A DNA stretch of 64,000 nucleotides from a virus (taxonomy: Duplodnaviria > Heunggongvirae > Uroviricota > Caudoviricetes): IMG/VR virus record IMGVR_UViG_3300037466_002980, positions 64,001-128,000 of that record; one strand, 5' to 3'. The position numbers and the translations under genes were made by a program. Shown piece by piece: positions 1 to 9,054 of the stretch (positions are counted from its first letter, which is position 1; each line of letters starts with the position of its first letter). Under the pieces are notes generated by a model, which was not told the DNA's origin, made no database searches, and was given only the letters and a program-made list of their open reading frames with translations.

Positions 1-162
1 AGTGAAAAAAGTTAATATAAAATATAATCCAATAATAATGAAACTTATCTTGGATACATCAGCTACCCACATAATTGAAAAGATGCCTCTGTGTTGCAGA
101 ATAATCTGAAAAATCACAGAAACACAAGTTAATAACCACCATCTAAGCATTGCATAATTCAT
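1..162 (-). CDS. Partial membrane protein running off the left edge, possibly MotA/TolQ/ExbB-like
   Basis: Not in the ORF track. Manual translation MNYAMLRWWLLTCVSVIFQIILQHRGIFSIMWVADVSKISFIIIGLYFILTFFT shows two hydrophobic segments, with AAGGA upstream. Family call is from memory only. Confidence 0.5.
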   Translation of the reverse strand, partial: MNYAMLRWWLLTCVSVIFQIILQHRGIFSIMWVADVSKISFIIIGLYFILTFFT

Positions 163-175
163 TCTGTGTGTTCCT

Positions 176-526
176 TTATTGAAATTCTATTCTAGCCGGT
201 TTAAATATTGCATTAGGAAATACTCGTGTAGCTCTGTCTATAATTTCTTGTGGGAAATCAATAGAAGCATTATACTCATTGATAAGATCAATGAGTATTT
301 CTTTTTCCATTTCTAAATAAAAATCTTGAGGATTCCAGCCGCATTCCTCTAGTATATTTATTGTTTCAATATAAAAATGGATATCATCGAAAAAATCTTT
401 TCTTTGAACAACAGACGAACCTAATTTAAAAACCGGAGGTATTCCATTTTTACCACGACTTATTCTGTCCTTAACTTCTTGAACTGGTAATCTTCTTAGT
501 TTATCAAATGTTTTCTTTTCAGACAT
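176..526 (-). CDS. Hypothetical protein, related to the ORFs at 56498-56902
   Basis: 116-aa ORF sharing E-x-x-T-x-x-x-LRR-(x)-P and a later GW motif. Confidence 0.65.
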   Translation of the reverse strand: MSEKKTFDKLRRLPVQEVKDRISRGKNGIPPVFKLGSSVVQRKDFFDDIHFYIETINILEECGWNPQDFYLEMEKEILIDLINEYNASIDFPQEIIDRATRVFPNAIFKPARIEFQ

Positions 527-774
527 TATTTTAATCCAAAGTGATTATCCCGTTGCTTAATAAATTGAATTTCTTCTTCGGTTGCGAGTGGTAATGAATT
601 TTCAATTAACACTTCATTCAAGAATTCAAATTTATCAAATCCCGGACCTAATGTATTTTTTAATTTATCAGATATATTTAACCTGGTAGATTGGTTATCC
701 TCAATAACCATAACAGCCGGAAAAGGTTTATAGGTAGTTGAATCAACCATAATAGCTACATTAAATTTCCTCAT
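526..774 (-). CDS. Hypothetical protein
   Basis: 82-aa ORF with start/stop overlaps on both sides. Confidence 0.65.
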   Translation of the reverse strand: MRKFNVAIMVDSTTYKPFPAVMVIEDNQSTRLNISDKLKNTLGPGFDKFEFLNEVLIENSLPLATEEEIQFIKQRDNHFGLK

Positions 775-1265
775 GCTGTTTTCCTTTTCTTTTTCATTCT
801 AAGATATATATAATCTTCGTGTTGAATCCATTTAAAGGTATTAGGTTTCCATTTCTTATGTGTAAGAAATCCCCAATCCCTTTCTTGCGGACCGGGCATA
901 AAAAGTGTCCAACAATCGACCCCTGTTTCCAATTCGATTCTATGATAACTTTCAGCCTTACAGGTTCTAAAATGTCCTGCACCGCGCCAAACTTTTGTTT
1001 CACCTTTAGAAAAATCCATTGGATCGTTTAATCTCCATTCCCAATACCCACCCTTTAGTACCAGTGTTGCATATGGCCATGGATGATCGTGTTCATCGTC
1101 GGGGTCGCTTCTTAAAAATTGATGTAAGAAAATATTAAATGGAAATTTTTGTCTATCCTTAAGAAAAAGGTAATATCTATTTAGATAGGGAGATTGACTC
1201 TCCCTATCTAAAATTACTCTTTTCCTTCCCATCTTTTCCAATAGAGTTAGAAAGAGTCCGAACAT
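771..1265 (-). CDS. Cupin-fold protein
   Basis: HDHPW...LKGGYWE and YHRIEL...WTLF cupin metal-binding motifs. Confidence 0.7.
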   Translation of the reverse strand: MFGLFLTLLEKMGRKRVILDRESQSPYLNRYYLFLKDRQKFPFNIFLHQFLRSDPDDEHDHPWPYATLVLKGGYWEWRLNDPMDFSKGETKVWRGAGHFRTCKAESYHRIELETGVDCWTLFMPGPQERDWGFLTHKKWKPNTFKWIQHEDYIYLRMKKKRKTA

Positions 1266-1266
1266 A

Positions 1267-1950
1267 TTATTCCTTTCCTATCGAGACAAGTCTCATAAAT
1301 TCTGTTCTGACATTATTATCTGTTTTGAATACTCCACCTAATTTACTAGTGATAGTGGATGAACCCGTGTCTTCAACTCCACGAGATTTGACACAGAAAT
1401 GCTGAGCATGAATTAGAACTGCAATATTATCGGTTTCAAGAATATATTGAAGAGCGTGATAAATCTGTTCTGTCAAACGTTCTTGAATTTGTGGTCTCTT
1501 ACTAAAATATTCAACTATTCTATTGATTTTACTAAGTCCAAGAACCTTCTTATTTGGAATATAGGCAACAGTAGCTAATCCATCAATTACAACAAAATGA
1601 TGTTCACAATTGGATTGAACACTTACATTTCGTTCAATTACCATTTCATCATAACTCATTTTATTATCAACTGCGGTACATTTTGGAAATGCTTCATAGT
1701 CAAGTCCCCACATTGTCTCGTTTACCAGCATTTTGGCATATCTCTTTGGTGTTTCGATTAGACTATCATCGGATAAATCTAATCCAAGACATTCCATAAT
1801 TTCTTTAAATTTATCTTCGATAACTGAGATCTTTTCCTTTCGATCTCCATTTACCATTTCTGTAGTCGGTGTTTCGACTCCACATTTAAGTAAATGTTGG
1901 TGAATTTTTTGACCTAATTCGGGGTCACATTTTGTTTTATTATATGCCAT
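1267..1950 (-). CDS. folE: GTP cyclohydrolase I
   Basis: ETPKR, SNCEHHF, GLSKINRIV, RPQIQERLT and HFCVKSRGV motifs. Confidence 0.97.
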   Translation of the reverse strand: MAYNKTKCDPELGQKIHQHLLKCGVETPTTEMVNGDRKEKISVIEDKFKEIMECLGLDLSDDSLIETPKRYAKMLVNETMWGLDYEAFPKCTAVDNKMSYDEMVIERNVSVQSNCEHHFVVIDGLATVAYIPNKKVLGLSKINRIVEYFSKRPQIQERLTEQIYHALQYILETDNIAVLIHAQHFCVKSRGVEDTGSSTITSKLGGVFKTDNNVRTEFMRLVSIGKE

Positions 1951-2023
1951 AATTTGAATCCTTCCTTAAACGGATATTGTTAATTGAAATTTGTCACCGT
2001 TGTGTGACATTTTTATTTATCCT

Positions 2024-2353
2024 TTAAAATACACCATACCGTGATTTAAGATTCTGAAATTCATATGTATAAGCAGTATCAAATGGTTTATTCATAACCT
2101 TTAACATTGTTGTCATATCACCACGTAATAGCATCAGTTCCGATTTTAAAGAAGTTATCTCAATTGATTGACTATTGATTATCTCGACCATTTGTCGAAT
2201 TATACCAATATCACCATTTAAGGAACCTTTTAACTTCCCTACAATTTCTTCTTTTTCAATAAGATCTTTAAGAAATTCATTATCTACCAGATGTAATAGT
2301 TTATCTAATAGCTCTAAGGTTTCTTTATCTTTTTCGGTTATATACATTAACAT
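2024..2353 (-). CDS. Hypothetical coiled-coil protein
   Basis: 109-aa ORF coupled to the thyA stop. Confidence 0.65.
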   Translation of the reverse strand: MLMYITEKDKETLELLDKLLHLVDNEFLKDLIEKEEIVGKLKGSLNGDIGIIRQMVEIINSQSIEITSLKSELMLLRGDMTTMLKVMNKPFDTAYTYEFQNLKSRYGVF

Positions 2354-3237
2354 TAAATTGCCATCCCTGGTTTGTTTGTAACATCGGGATACGGATCGTA
2401 TCCAATTAATTCAATATCTTCCCATTGTAATTCTAAAATGCTTTCAAATGTGGGAAGATCCTTCTTAATAACAACATTAGGTAATTTTCTCGGAGTTCTT
2501 GTTAGAATTTCATCTACCATTTTCATTTGATTTTGATAGATGTGAGCGTCCCATCCCATATAAACTAGATCACCGGGAATCAATCCTAAATGTTTTGAAA
2601 AGATGTGATTTAGTAATGCATATGATGCGATATTAAATGGTAATCCAAAAGGAACATCATTACTTCTCATTACAAAGCAATTATTTAATCTACCACCTTC
2701 AACAGTGAAGTCTCCTTCAACAGAATAAAGATGCATCATATGGCAAGGAGGTAATGCTGCTTCGTTAAGCTGACCGGGATTCCAATGAGTAATAACATGC
2801 CTTCGACCATAAGGATCATTTTTCAGACCATCGACTAAATTCTTCAGTTGATCTGTTTCTTTAACGATTATGGAACCCTTATCCAGTTTGGGAGTTTCCC
2901 AATGTCGAATCTGATAACCATATCCCTTTCCCATATCGCCTTCGGGAAGATGAATTAATCCTCGGTTATTTAAAAATTCTCTTGTTGTATTACCTTTCCA
3001 GATATTAATTTTTTTGTCTTCTAATATCTTGGTATTTGTCAATCCACGAAGAAAAAACATTGTTTCTTCGAACGCTATTCTTAATGGAACTTTTCTGGTT
3101 GTTTGTAATGGAAATCCTTCTGATAGATTCCACCTTAATAATCTTCCAAAAACAGACCTAGATCCAACCCCGGTTCTGTCCGGTTTATCAACACCATTTT
3201 CTTTGATGTCACGAAGCAAAGTTAATAAATTCTCCAT
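2353..3237 (-). CDS. thyA: Thymidylate synthase
   Basis: DRTGVG, catalytic ALPPCH, RSND.PFGLPFNIASY and DAHIY motifs. Confidence 0.97.
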   Translation of the reverse strand: MENLLTLLRDIKENGVDKPDRTGVGSRSVFGRLLRWNLSEGFPLQTTRKVPLRIAFEETMFFLRGLTNTKILEDKKINIWKGNTTREFLNNRGLIHLPEGDMGKGYGYQIRHWETPKLDKGSIIVKETDQLKNLVDGLKNDPYGRRHVITHWNPGQLNEAALPPCHMMHLYSVEGDFTVEGGRLNNCFVMRSNDVPFGLPFNIASYALLNHIFSKHLGLIPGDLVYMGWDAHIYQNQMKMVDEILTRTPRKLPNVVIKKDLPTFESILELQWEDIELIGYDPYPDVTNKPGMAI

Positions 3238-3253
3238 TGATACCTCTTTGTTG

Positions 3254-3282
3254 ATTATATTGAATAGTTATGTTTTCGTCAA
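3254..3282 (-). promoter_or_regulatory. sigma70-like promoter for thyA
   Basis: TTGACG-17 nt-TATAAT on the minus strand. Confidence 0.8.
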
Positions 3283-3313
3283 TGAACTTCATAACAATTC
3301 CGATACGAATGGT

Positions 3314-3321
3314 GATAAATA
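3314..3321 (+). promoter_or_regulatory. Late-promoter-like GATAAATA
   Basis: The motif switches strand together with the plus-strand gene at 3343. Confidence 0.7.
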
Positions 3322-3342
3322 ACAAAAATCGAAAGGATTAAG

Positions 3343-4269
3343 ATGCCGAACTTATTAGACGAATATATCAATTTATTTGAAGAAAACGAGATTCCCGGAA
3401 TCGGTGATACTATTCGTACGAAGAAAATGCAAATGGATGGTGTTGTTGAAAAAATAAGAAAAAATCCAGTTGGCTATACTGAAGTATTATTCAGAACACC
3501 AGATGGAAGATTAATGAAAACTCCGGCTTCAAATATTATTCAAATCCAGAAATTAGAAGACGGATCGATGGGCGGAATTAATAGAAGTCATCCAGCACAA
3601 GATGTAAGTTATGAAAAAGTTCTAGATGAATATGAAGAATATCTTCGAGAAGAAGATGGAGAATATACCTTCCAGACCGCGAAAGGTAGCATTTATGTAG
3701 TTCATGCAAATCATACCACTACCAGGACAAAAGCGAAAAGACCCGAACATGGAGAAGATCATGGATTAATGCCAACATCGGATCTTACCTTTTATGTTAC
3801 ATATAATAATGTTTTAAGGCTAAGTGAAATTCAAACACGTAGTCCGTATGAAAGAAGAATTTTAGTAGCAGGTAATCAGGCTGCGGTACAATATCTTACG
3901 GGACCAAATACCGGAAAATGTGAAAGAAGAACATTAGCTGATATTCAATTCGAACCTGCTGTAGATCTTTATCCTGTAGAATTATGGAACGATGGAGAAG
4001 TTCTCCATTTTGGAAATAAAATTGTTAATATAGATAAAGATATAAATGAAGGATTTCTTTCTAATCTATTCGGCATTACAGAAAAAGATATAACACCGGG
4101 TTCAATTTTTTATTTAAGAAAACTAAGTAAAAAATATTATATCACCGAAATAACTGATCGTTGGGTTTTCTATAAAGATGGACTTCATGATACAACCACT
4201 GGTCGCGGAAAGAGTATGGCTGCCATGCTTCGTATTTTAAACTCTTCTGATGCTGAAAAATTAAATTAA
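3343..4269 (+). CDS. Hypothetical multi-module protein, candidate internal head protein
   Basis: 308-aa ORF with AAGGA RBS and late motif; acidic N-terminus MPNLLDEYINLFEE. Confidence 0.65.
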   Translation: MPNLLDEYINLFEENEIPGIGDTIRTKKMQMDGVVEKIRKNPVGYTEVLFRTPDGRLMKTPASNIIQIQKLEDGSMGGINRSHPAQDVSYEKVLDEYEEYLREEDGEYTFQTAKGSIYVVHANHTTTRTKAKRPEHGEDHGLMPTSDLTFYVTYNNVLRLSEIQTRSPYERRILVAGNQAAVQYLTGPNTGKCERRTLADIQFEPAVDLYPVELWNDGEVLHFGNKIVNIDKDINEGFLSNLFGITEKDITPGSIFYLRKLSKKYYITEITDRWVFYKDGLHDTTTGRGKSMAAMLRILNSSDAEKLN

Positions 4270-5726
4270 AATTTAATTTCTTCGCCACTTTCGTTAATAA
4301 TCTCAACCGGAAATCCCCAGAGATTTTCAATATGTCTTACAACCTTTAAAGATTTTTCAGATAAACGTCTATTGTTCTTCTGATGATACATTAATGTAAG
4401 TTTTCTGGTGTTGTAATCAACATTAACTACTTCAATTTTCGGAATATGATTTTCAATCAAATAAGAATCTGCAAGAGATCTCCTGATCGTTTTATATCCA
4501 TTTTCGTTGTGAATAGCATTAACCGTATAATCCGATGAATTATCATCTTTTAATAGGAAAAGCTTCAACTTACGGCAAAGTGTTGGACTAAGATATTGTC
4601 TAATTAAACTTTCATCTCTATAGTTAGCAACAGCATCTAAACAGGCATCAACCCAATTTGCTCCAATTAATTCCGGAAAGAATTCTTCATCCTCAGCCGT
4701 TGGTTCGGTACATATTCTTTTAATTTCAGAAAAAATTTCAAATCCAAGATAATATGGATTTAATCCCGAATACCATTCGCTATTGAAATCTGGTTGATAA
4801 AGAACCGAAGTATGCAATTGATAAAATTCAAGCATAGATCCATCTTCCAAATATCCTTTATCCCATAACCTATTAACCAGATAGTAATGAGTGAAACTTG
4901 CCCAACCTTCATTGAGTACTTTTGTGGCACGTTGTGGTTCGAAATATTGTGAAATTTTTCTAACAATGCGAAGTAATTCTCGCTGCCATAGCTCTAATTT
5001 AGGTGATTTCTTTTCAAGAAAATATAATAGATTTTCTTCGGGTTCTTTAAGAAATTTATTATCTTCTTTTGGTTTTTCTTTCTGTTTAGGTAATGTCTTC
5101 CAGAGTTCATTAACCTGTTCTTGCAAATATATTTCTCTGGCTTGTTTTCTTTCTTGTTCTTTAGCAAAACTTAACTTAGGTGGACGAATTGATCTGTCTA
5201 CTCCGTGATTCATTAATGCATGTGCTGAATCCAATGTTTGTTCCACTGCCTGTAATCCATATTTTTCTTCACATTCGGAAATAAAACCTTTAGAGAAATT
5301 TAGATAATCAACAATACTGGCTGCATCCGTCCATTGTTTAAATAGGTAATTATTCTTAAAGACATGATTATGTCCAAAAGCAGCATGAGCAAGTACCAAT
5401 ACCTGCGTCATTGCTGAATTTTCTTCCATTAAAAAGTTAATACAAGGATTGGTATTCAGAACGATTTCATATGCCAATCCTCGTTTTCCTTGCCTATACA
5501 TATCGGACTCATATGAAAATTTCTTACCAAAACTCCAGTGCTTATACATTACAGGAAGCCCAACACTTGCATAGGAATCCAACATCTGTTCGCTGGTAAT
5601 TATTTCTATCTGGTTGGGATAGAGATCAAGTTTTAATTCAGGAGCAAGATCATTCAACACATCCATGGCACGTTTAATCAGATCAAAATCCCATTCAGCA
5701 CCCTTAAATAATGGTTTATTTGCCAT
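4266..5726 (-). CDS. spoVR: SpoVR/YcgB family protein
   Basis: YPNQIEII, GLPVMYKHWSFGK, GLAYEIV, AHAAFGHNHVFKNN, NEGWASF and NPYYLGF motifs. Confidence 0.93.
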   Translation of the reverse strand: MANKPLFKGAEWDFDLIKRAMDVLNDLAPELKLDLYPNQIEIITSEQMLDSYASVGLPVMYKHWSFGKKFSYESDMYRQGKRGLAYEIVLNTNPCINFLMEENSAMTQVLVLAHAAFGHNHVFKNNYLFKQWTDAASIVDYLNFSKGFISECEEKYGLQAVEQTLDSAHALMNHGVDRSIRPPKLSFAKEQERKQAREIYLQEQVNELWKTLPKQKEKPKEDNKFLKEPEENLLYFLEKKSPKLELWQRELLRIVRKISQYFEPQRATKVLNEGWASFTHYYLVNRLWDKGYLEDGSMLEFYQLHTSVLYQPDFNSEWYSGLNPYYLGFEIFSEIKRICTEPTAEDEEFFPELIGANWVDACLDAVANYRDESLIRQYLSPTLCRKLKLFLLKDDNSSDYTVNAIHNENGYKTIRRSLADSYLIENHIPKIEVVNVDYNTRKLTLMYHQKNNRRLSEKSLKVVRHIENLWGFPVEIINESGEEIKF

Positions 5727-7005
5727 TTTTCACCTGTTTTGTAAATACCTTCCTAAATATTGATACGACATCATCAACAGAACCAATATTAACAATTGCT
5801 AAGTTATCAAAATTAGCTGTCATTTGCTTCATAGTTGTAAAAACATTTGTCTGATATGATCTTTCTAAATTCATGTATTCAGAAGTCCCGCCAGGTTTCA
5901 CTTCATTATAAACATAATATTGGCACTTAGGTAATATTTCTTCTAATTCTGATTTTAAATCATTTTCATCATTGCTAAAATTATCACCATCGGATGCCTG
6001 CACTACATAAATATTCCAATCATCCAATGGATATTCTTCATTGATAATTTCATTAACTTTCTTAACTCCGGTACTAACCATTGTTCCACCAGATTCTTTA
6101 TCATAGAAAAATTGATGTTCAGTGCATTCATCAGCAGTCGTAGTATGACGAACAAATCTTATATCCACCTTCTCATATTTTCTCTGTAGAAATAGATATA
6201 ATAACAAAAAGAATCTTTTAGCTATTTCCTTTTCTCTTTCTTCCATACTGCCCGAAACATCCATTAAACAAAAAACAACAGCCTGACTCGAAGGTAATGG
6301 AATTTGAGTATATCTTTTATACTTAACATCAACTTGATCAATATATGAAACAGCATTTCTTCTTGTTTTTAATTCAAGTAATTCTTGCTGTAATTGAATT
6401 AATAATTCGGAGTCAATACATTTCTCAATCTCTTCTTCTTTCTCTTTTATTTTTCTATCAAGTGGGAAGGCTAATGCAATTCTTCTACCTAAAGCATTTT
6501 TTAAGCTTCTTTCTAAATCAAGATTATTTGGTGTACCAGAAGTTGAAAACCCAGATCTCTTCCTTGCGAAGCGTATAGCAGTTTCTTCGCTTTCCTTGAT
6601 TAAATCTGGAAGTTCAAGATCTTCAAAAAGAATGTCTAAATATTCTTCTTTAGAAATAGTAAAGACAAATGTATCTTCACCATCTCCGTTATCACTAGCA
6701 TCTTTTCCTTTTCCTTGTCCAGATTTTTCTCTCTTAATAGTATCTCCCACCACAAAATCTCTATTTCCTGGTAAGACTCTATCCCAATCTCCCGATTGGT
6801 AATCATAATCAAAAACTGGTTCGGAAATTCCATCTGTAGAGATGGTGATAGATTCATCCTCTTCGGATGTGATGTCTCTATCAATTGCTCTTTTTCTTAT
6901 CTTTTCCTTTATCCAATCGTTTGCCCTTTTTAGGAAACGTTGCCTATTAGACAGATTTTTTCCTTTCGGATTCAATCGTCTATCAATAATGGTATAATTA
7001 TCCAT
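5716..7005 (-). CDS. yeaH: YeaH/YhbH (DUF444) vWA-domain protein
   Basis: IIDRRLNPKGKNLSNRQRF N-terminus, LFEDLELP, MIDAS DVSGSM, SGGT and ASDGDN. Confidence 0.93.
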   Translation of the reverse strand: MDNYTIIDRRLNPKGKNLSNRQRFLKRANDWIKEKIRKRAIDRDITSEEDESITISTDGISEPVFDYDYQSGDWDRVLPGNRDFVVGDTIKREKSGQGKGKDASDNGDGEDTFVFTISKEEYLDILFEDLELPDLIKESEETAIRFARKRSGFSTSGTPNNLDLERSLKNALGRRIALAFPLDRKIKEKEEEIEKCIDSELLIQLQQELLELKTRRNAVSYIDQVDVKYKRYTQIPLPSSQAVVFCLMDVSGSMEEREKEIAKRFFLLLYLFLQRKYEKVDIRFVRHTTTADECTEHQFFYDKESGGTMVSTGVKKVNEIINEEYPLDDWNIYVVQASDGDNFSNDENDLKSELEEILPKCQYYVYNEVKPGGTSEYMNLERSYQTNVFTTMKQMTANFDNLAIVNIGSVDDVVSIFRKVFTKQVKNGK

Positions 7006-8945
7006 TAAGAGCTCTTGGCCACCCTAATATGCCATTCAACCAGGCGTTTAACCTGTTTAGCAGTATATCCCTTACTCATCATTCTGTGAACAAATTCGTC
7101 GTGTTTCTTTTGATCGTCACTGTTTGATTTAGCACCAAAACTAATAACTGGCAATAATTCTTCCGTACTAGCAAACATCTTCTTTTCAATTACTTCACGT
7201 AAATTTTCATACGAAGTCCATTTTACAGGATTGCCACCATTTTTTGCCCTTGCTCGAAGTACAAAATTAACAACCTCATTACGAAAATCTTTAGGATTTG
7301 AAATACCTGCAGGTTTTTCAATCTTTTCAAGTTCTTTATTTAAAACATTTCTATCAAAAAGATTTCCTGTGTCAGGATCTTTGAAGTCAATTTCTTGTAT
7401 CCATGCATCAGCATATTCGATATATCTATCAAATAAATTCTGTCCATAATCACTATAACTTTCAAGATAAGCCTTTTGAATTTCACTACTTAATTGATCA
7501 GCATATCTTGGTGCTAAATGTTCTTTAATGAAATTAATATATTTTCCTTCTTTCTCTTCGCCAAATTGTTCTTGTTTAATTGCATCTTCAAGAACATACA
7601 TTAAATGTACCGGATCGGCCGCAACTTCAGATGGATCGAAATTAAATGTCTTAGATAATATCTTGAATGCAAAACGTGTGCTAATTCCACTCATTCCTTC
7701 GTCGACACCGGCATTGTCCTTATATTCCTGAAGTCCTTTTGCTCTTGGATCAGTATCCTTAATCGCTTCTCCATCATATACTCGCATCTTACTGTATATA
7801 TTAGAGTTTTCGTGATCTGAGATTCTGGTTAATACACAAAATTTAGCCAAAATATCCAATGTTTCTGCTGCGCACGGTGCTTGACTAAGGCTCGAACTTT
7901 CGAGCATTTTAACATAAATATTTTTCTCGTCTGTAACACGCAAACAATATGGAACTTTTACAACATAAACTCTATCAATAAAAGCTTCATTATTCTTATT
8001 ATTCTTAAATGTTTGCCATTCACTCTCGTTACTATGTGCTAAAACAACACCATTAAACGGGATTGCACTAATGCCTTCTGTTCCGACATAATTGCTTTCT
8101 TGTGTTGCAGTTAATAATGGATGTAACATTTTAATTGGTGCCTTGAACATTTCTACAAATTCAACCAGGCCCTGATTTCCACGGCATAGTGCTCCAGAGA
8201 ATGAATAGCTATCTGGATCATTCTGGTCGAAATGTTCTAACATTCTAATATTTGTTTTTCCAACTAGGTTACTAATATCCTGGTTATTATCATCACCCGG
8301 TTCGGTCTTGATAACACCGATTTGTTCTAATTTATTTGGAAATACTTTTACGACCTTAAATAAAGTCTTATCGTGTCCATATTCTTTCAATCTCTTGATT
8401 GCCCATGGACTAAGAACATTATTTAAATATCGTTGTGGAATGCCATATTCCTTTTCAATAAGATCACCATATTGTTCCTTATTGAAAAGACCTAATGGAG
8501 ATTCAAAGACCGGACTCATATTTCCGTCTTTGTCTGCTAGTACATAAATGGGAAATTTCTGAATTAGTTCCTTGAGGCGCTCTGCTAAGGAGCTCTTTCC
8601 GCCGCCTACTGGACCAAGGAGATAGAGAATCTGTTTACGTTCTTCTAATCCTTGTGCAGCATGTGTAAAATATCCAACAATTCTTTCAATTGATTCTTCC
8701 ATTCCAAAAAAATCACTGAAAGCTGGATACCTTTTTATTGTTCTATTTAAAAAGATCCGACTTAGGCGTGGATCTCTATGTGTATCTATTAATTCCGGTT
8801 CACCGATTGCTTTAAGAATTCTTTCAGCTGCGGTGGCATACATTGTATTATCTGATTTGCATCCTTCAAGGTATTCCTTTAAAGAAATAGTCTCCTGACG
8901 AAATGCGATTTTCTCATCAGATAATAATTTGAACAACTTAGACAT
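7005..8945 (-). CDS. prkA: PrkA/YeaG AAA+ ATPase / serine protein kinase
   Basis: Walker A GPVGGGKSS, EPGDDNNQDIS, Walker B GLVEFVEMFK, HPLLTATQE and GISTRF. Confidence 0.95.
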   Translation of the reverse strand: MSKLFKLLSDEKIAFRQETISLKEYLEGCKSDNTMYATAAERILKAIGEPELIDTHRDPRLSRIFLNRTIKRYPAFSDFFGMEESIERIVGYFTHAAQGLEERKQILYLLGPVGGGKSSLAERLKELIQKFPIYVLADKDGNMSPVFESPLGLFNKEQYGDLIEKEYGIPQRYLNNVLSPWAIKRLKEYGHDKTLFKVVKVFPNKLEQIGVIKTEPGDDNNQDISNLVGKTNIRMLEHFDQNDPDSYSFSGALCRGNQGLVEFVEMFKAPIKMLHPLLTATQESNYVGTEGISAIPFNGVVLAHSNESEWQTFKNNKNNEAFIDRVYVVKVPYCLRVTDEKNIYVKMLESSSLSQAPCAAETLDILAKFCVLTRISDHENSNIYSKMRVYDGEAIKDTDPRAKGLQEYKDNAGVDEGMSGISTRFAFKILSKTFNFDPSEVAADPVHLMYVLEDAIKQEQFGEEKEGKYINFIKEHLAPRYADQLSSEIQKAYLESYSDYGQNLFDRYIEYADAWIQEIDFKDPDTGNLFDRNVLNKELEKIEKPAGISNPKDFRNEVVNFVLRARAKNGGNPVKWTSYENLREVIEKKMFASTEELLPVISFGAKSNSDDQKKHDEFVHRMMSKGYTAKQVKRLVEWHIRVAKSS

Positions 8946-8974
8946 TTAACCTACCTTTATCTAATTTGAGGTTG

Positions 8975-9020
8975 ATAAAAATACACCCTAGATGGAAATT
9001 ACCATCTTAGTGTATTTATC
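8975..9020 (-). promoter_or_regulatory. Late-promoter-like GATAAATA (9013-9020) embedded in an inverted repeat / terminator-like hairpin upstream of prkA
   Basis: Minus strand reads GATAAATACACTAAGATGG-TAATTT-CCATCTAGGGTGTATTTTT. Confidence 0.6.
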
Positions 9021-9054
9021 TATACCCTTTTAATTATATAAAGGATCTGGATTC

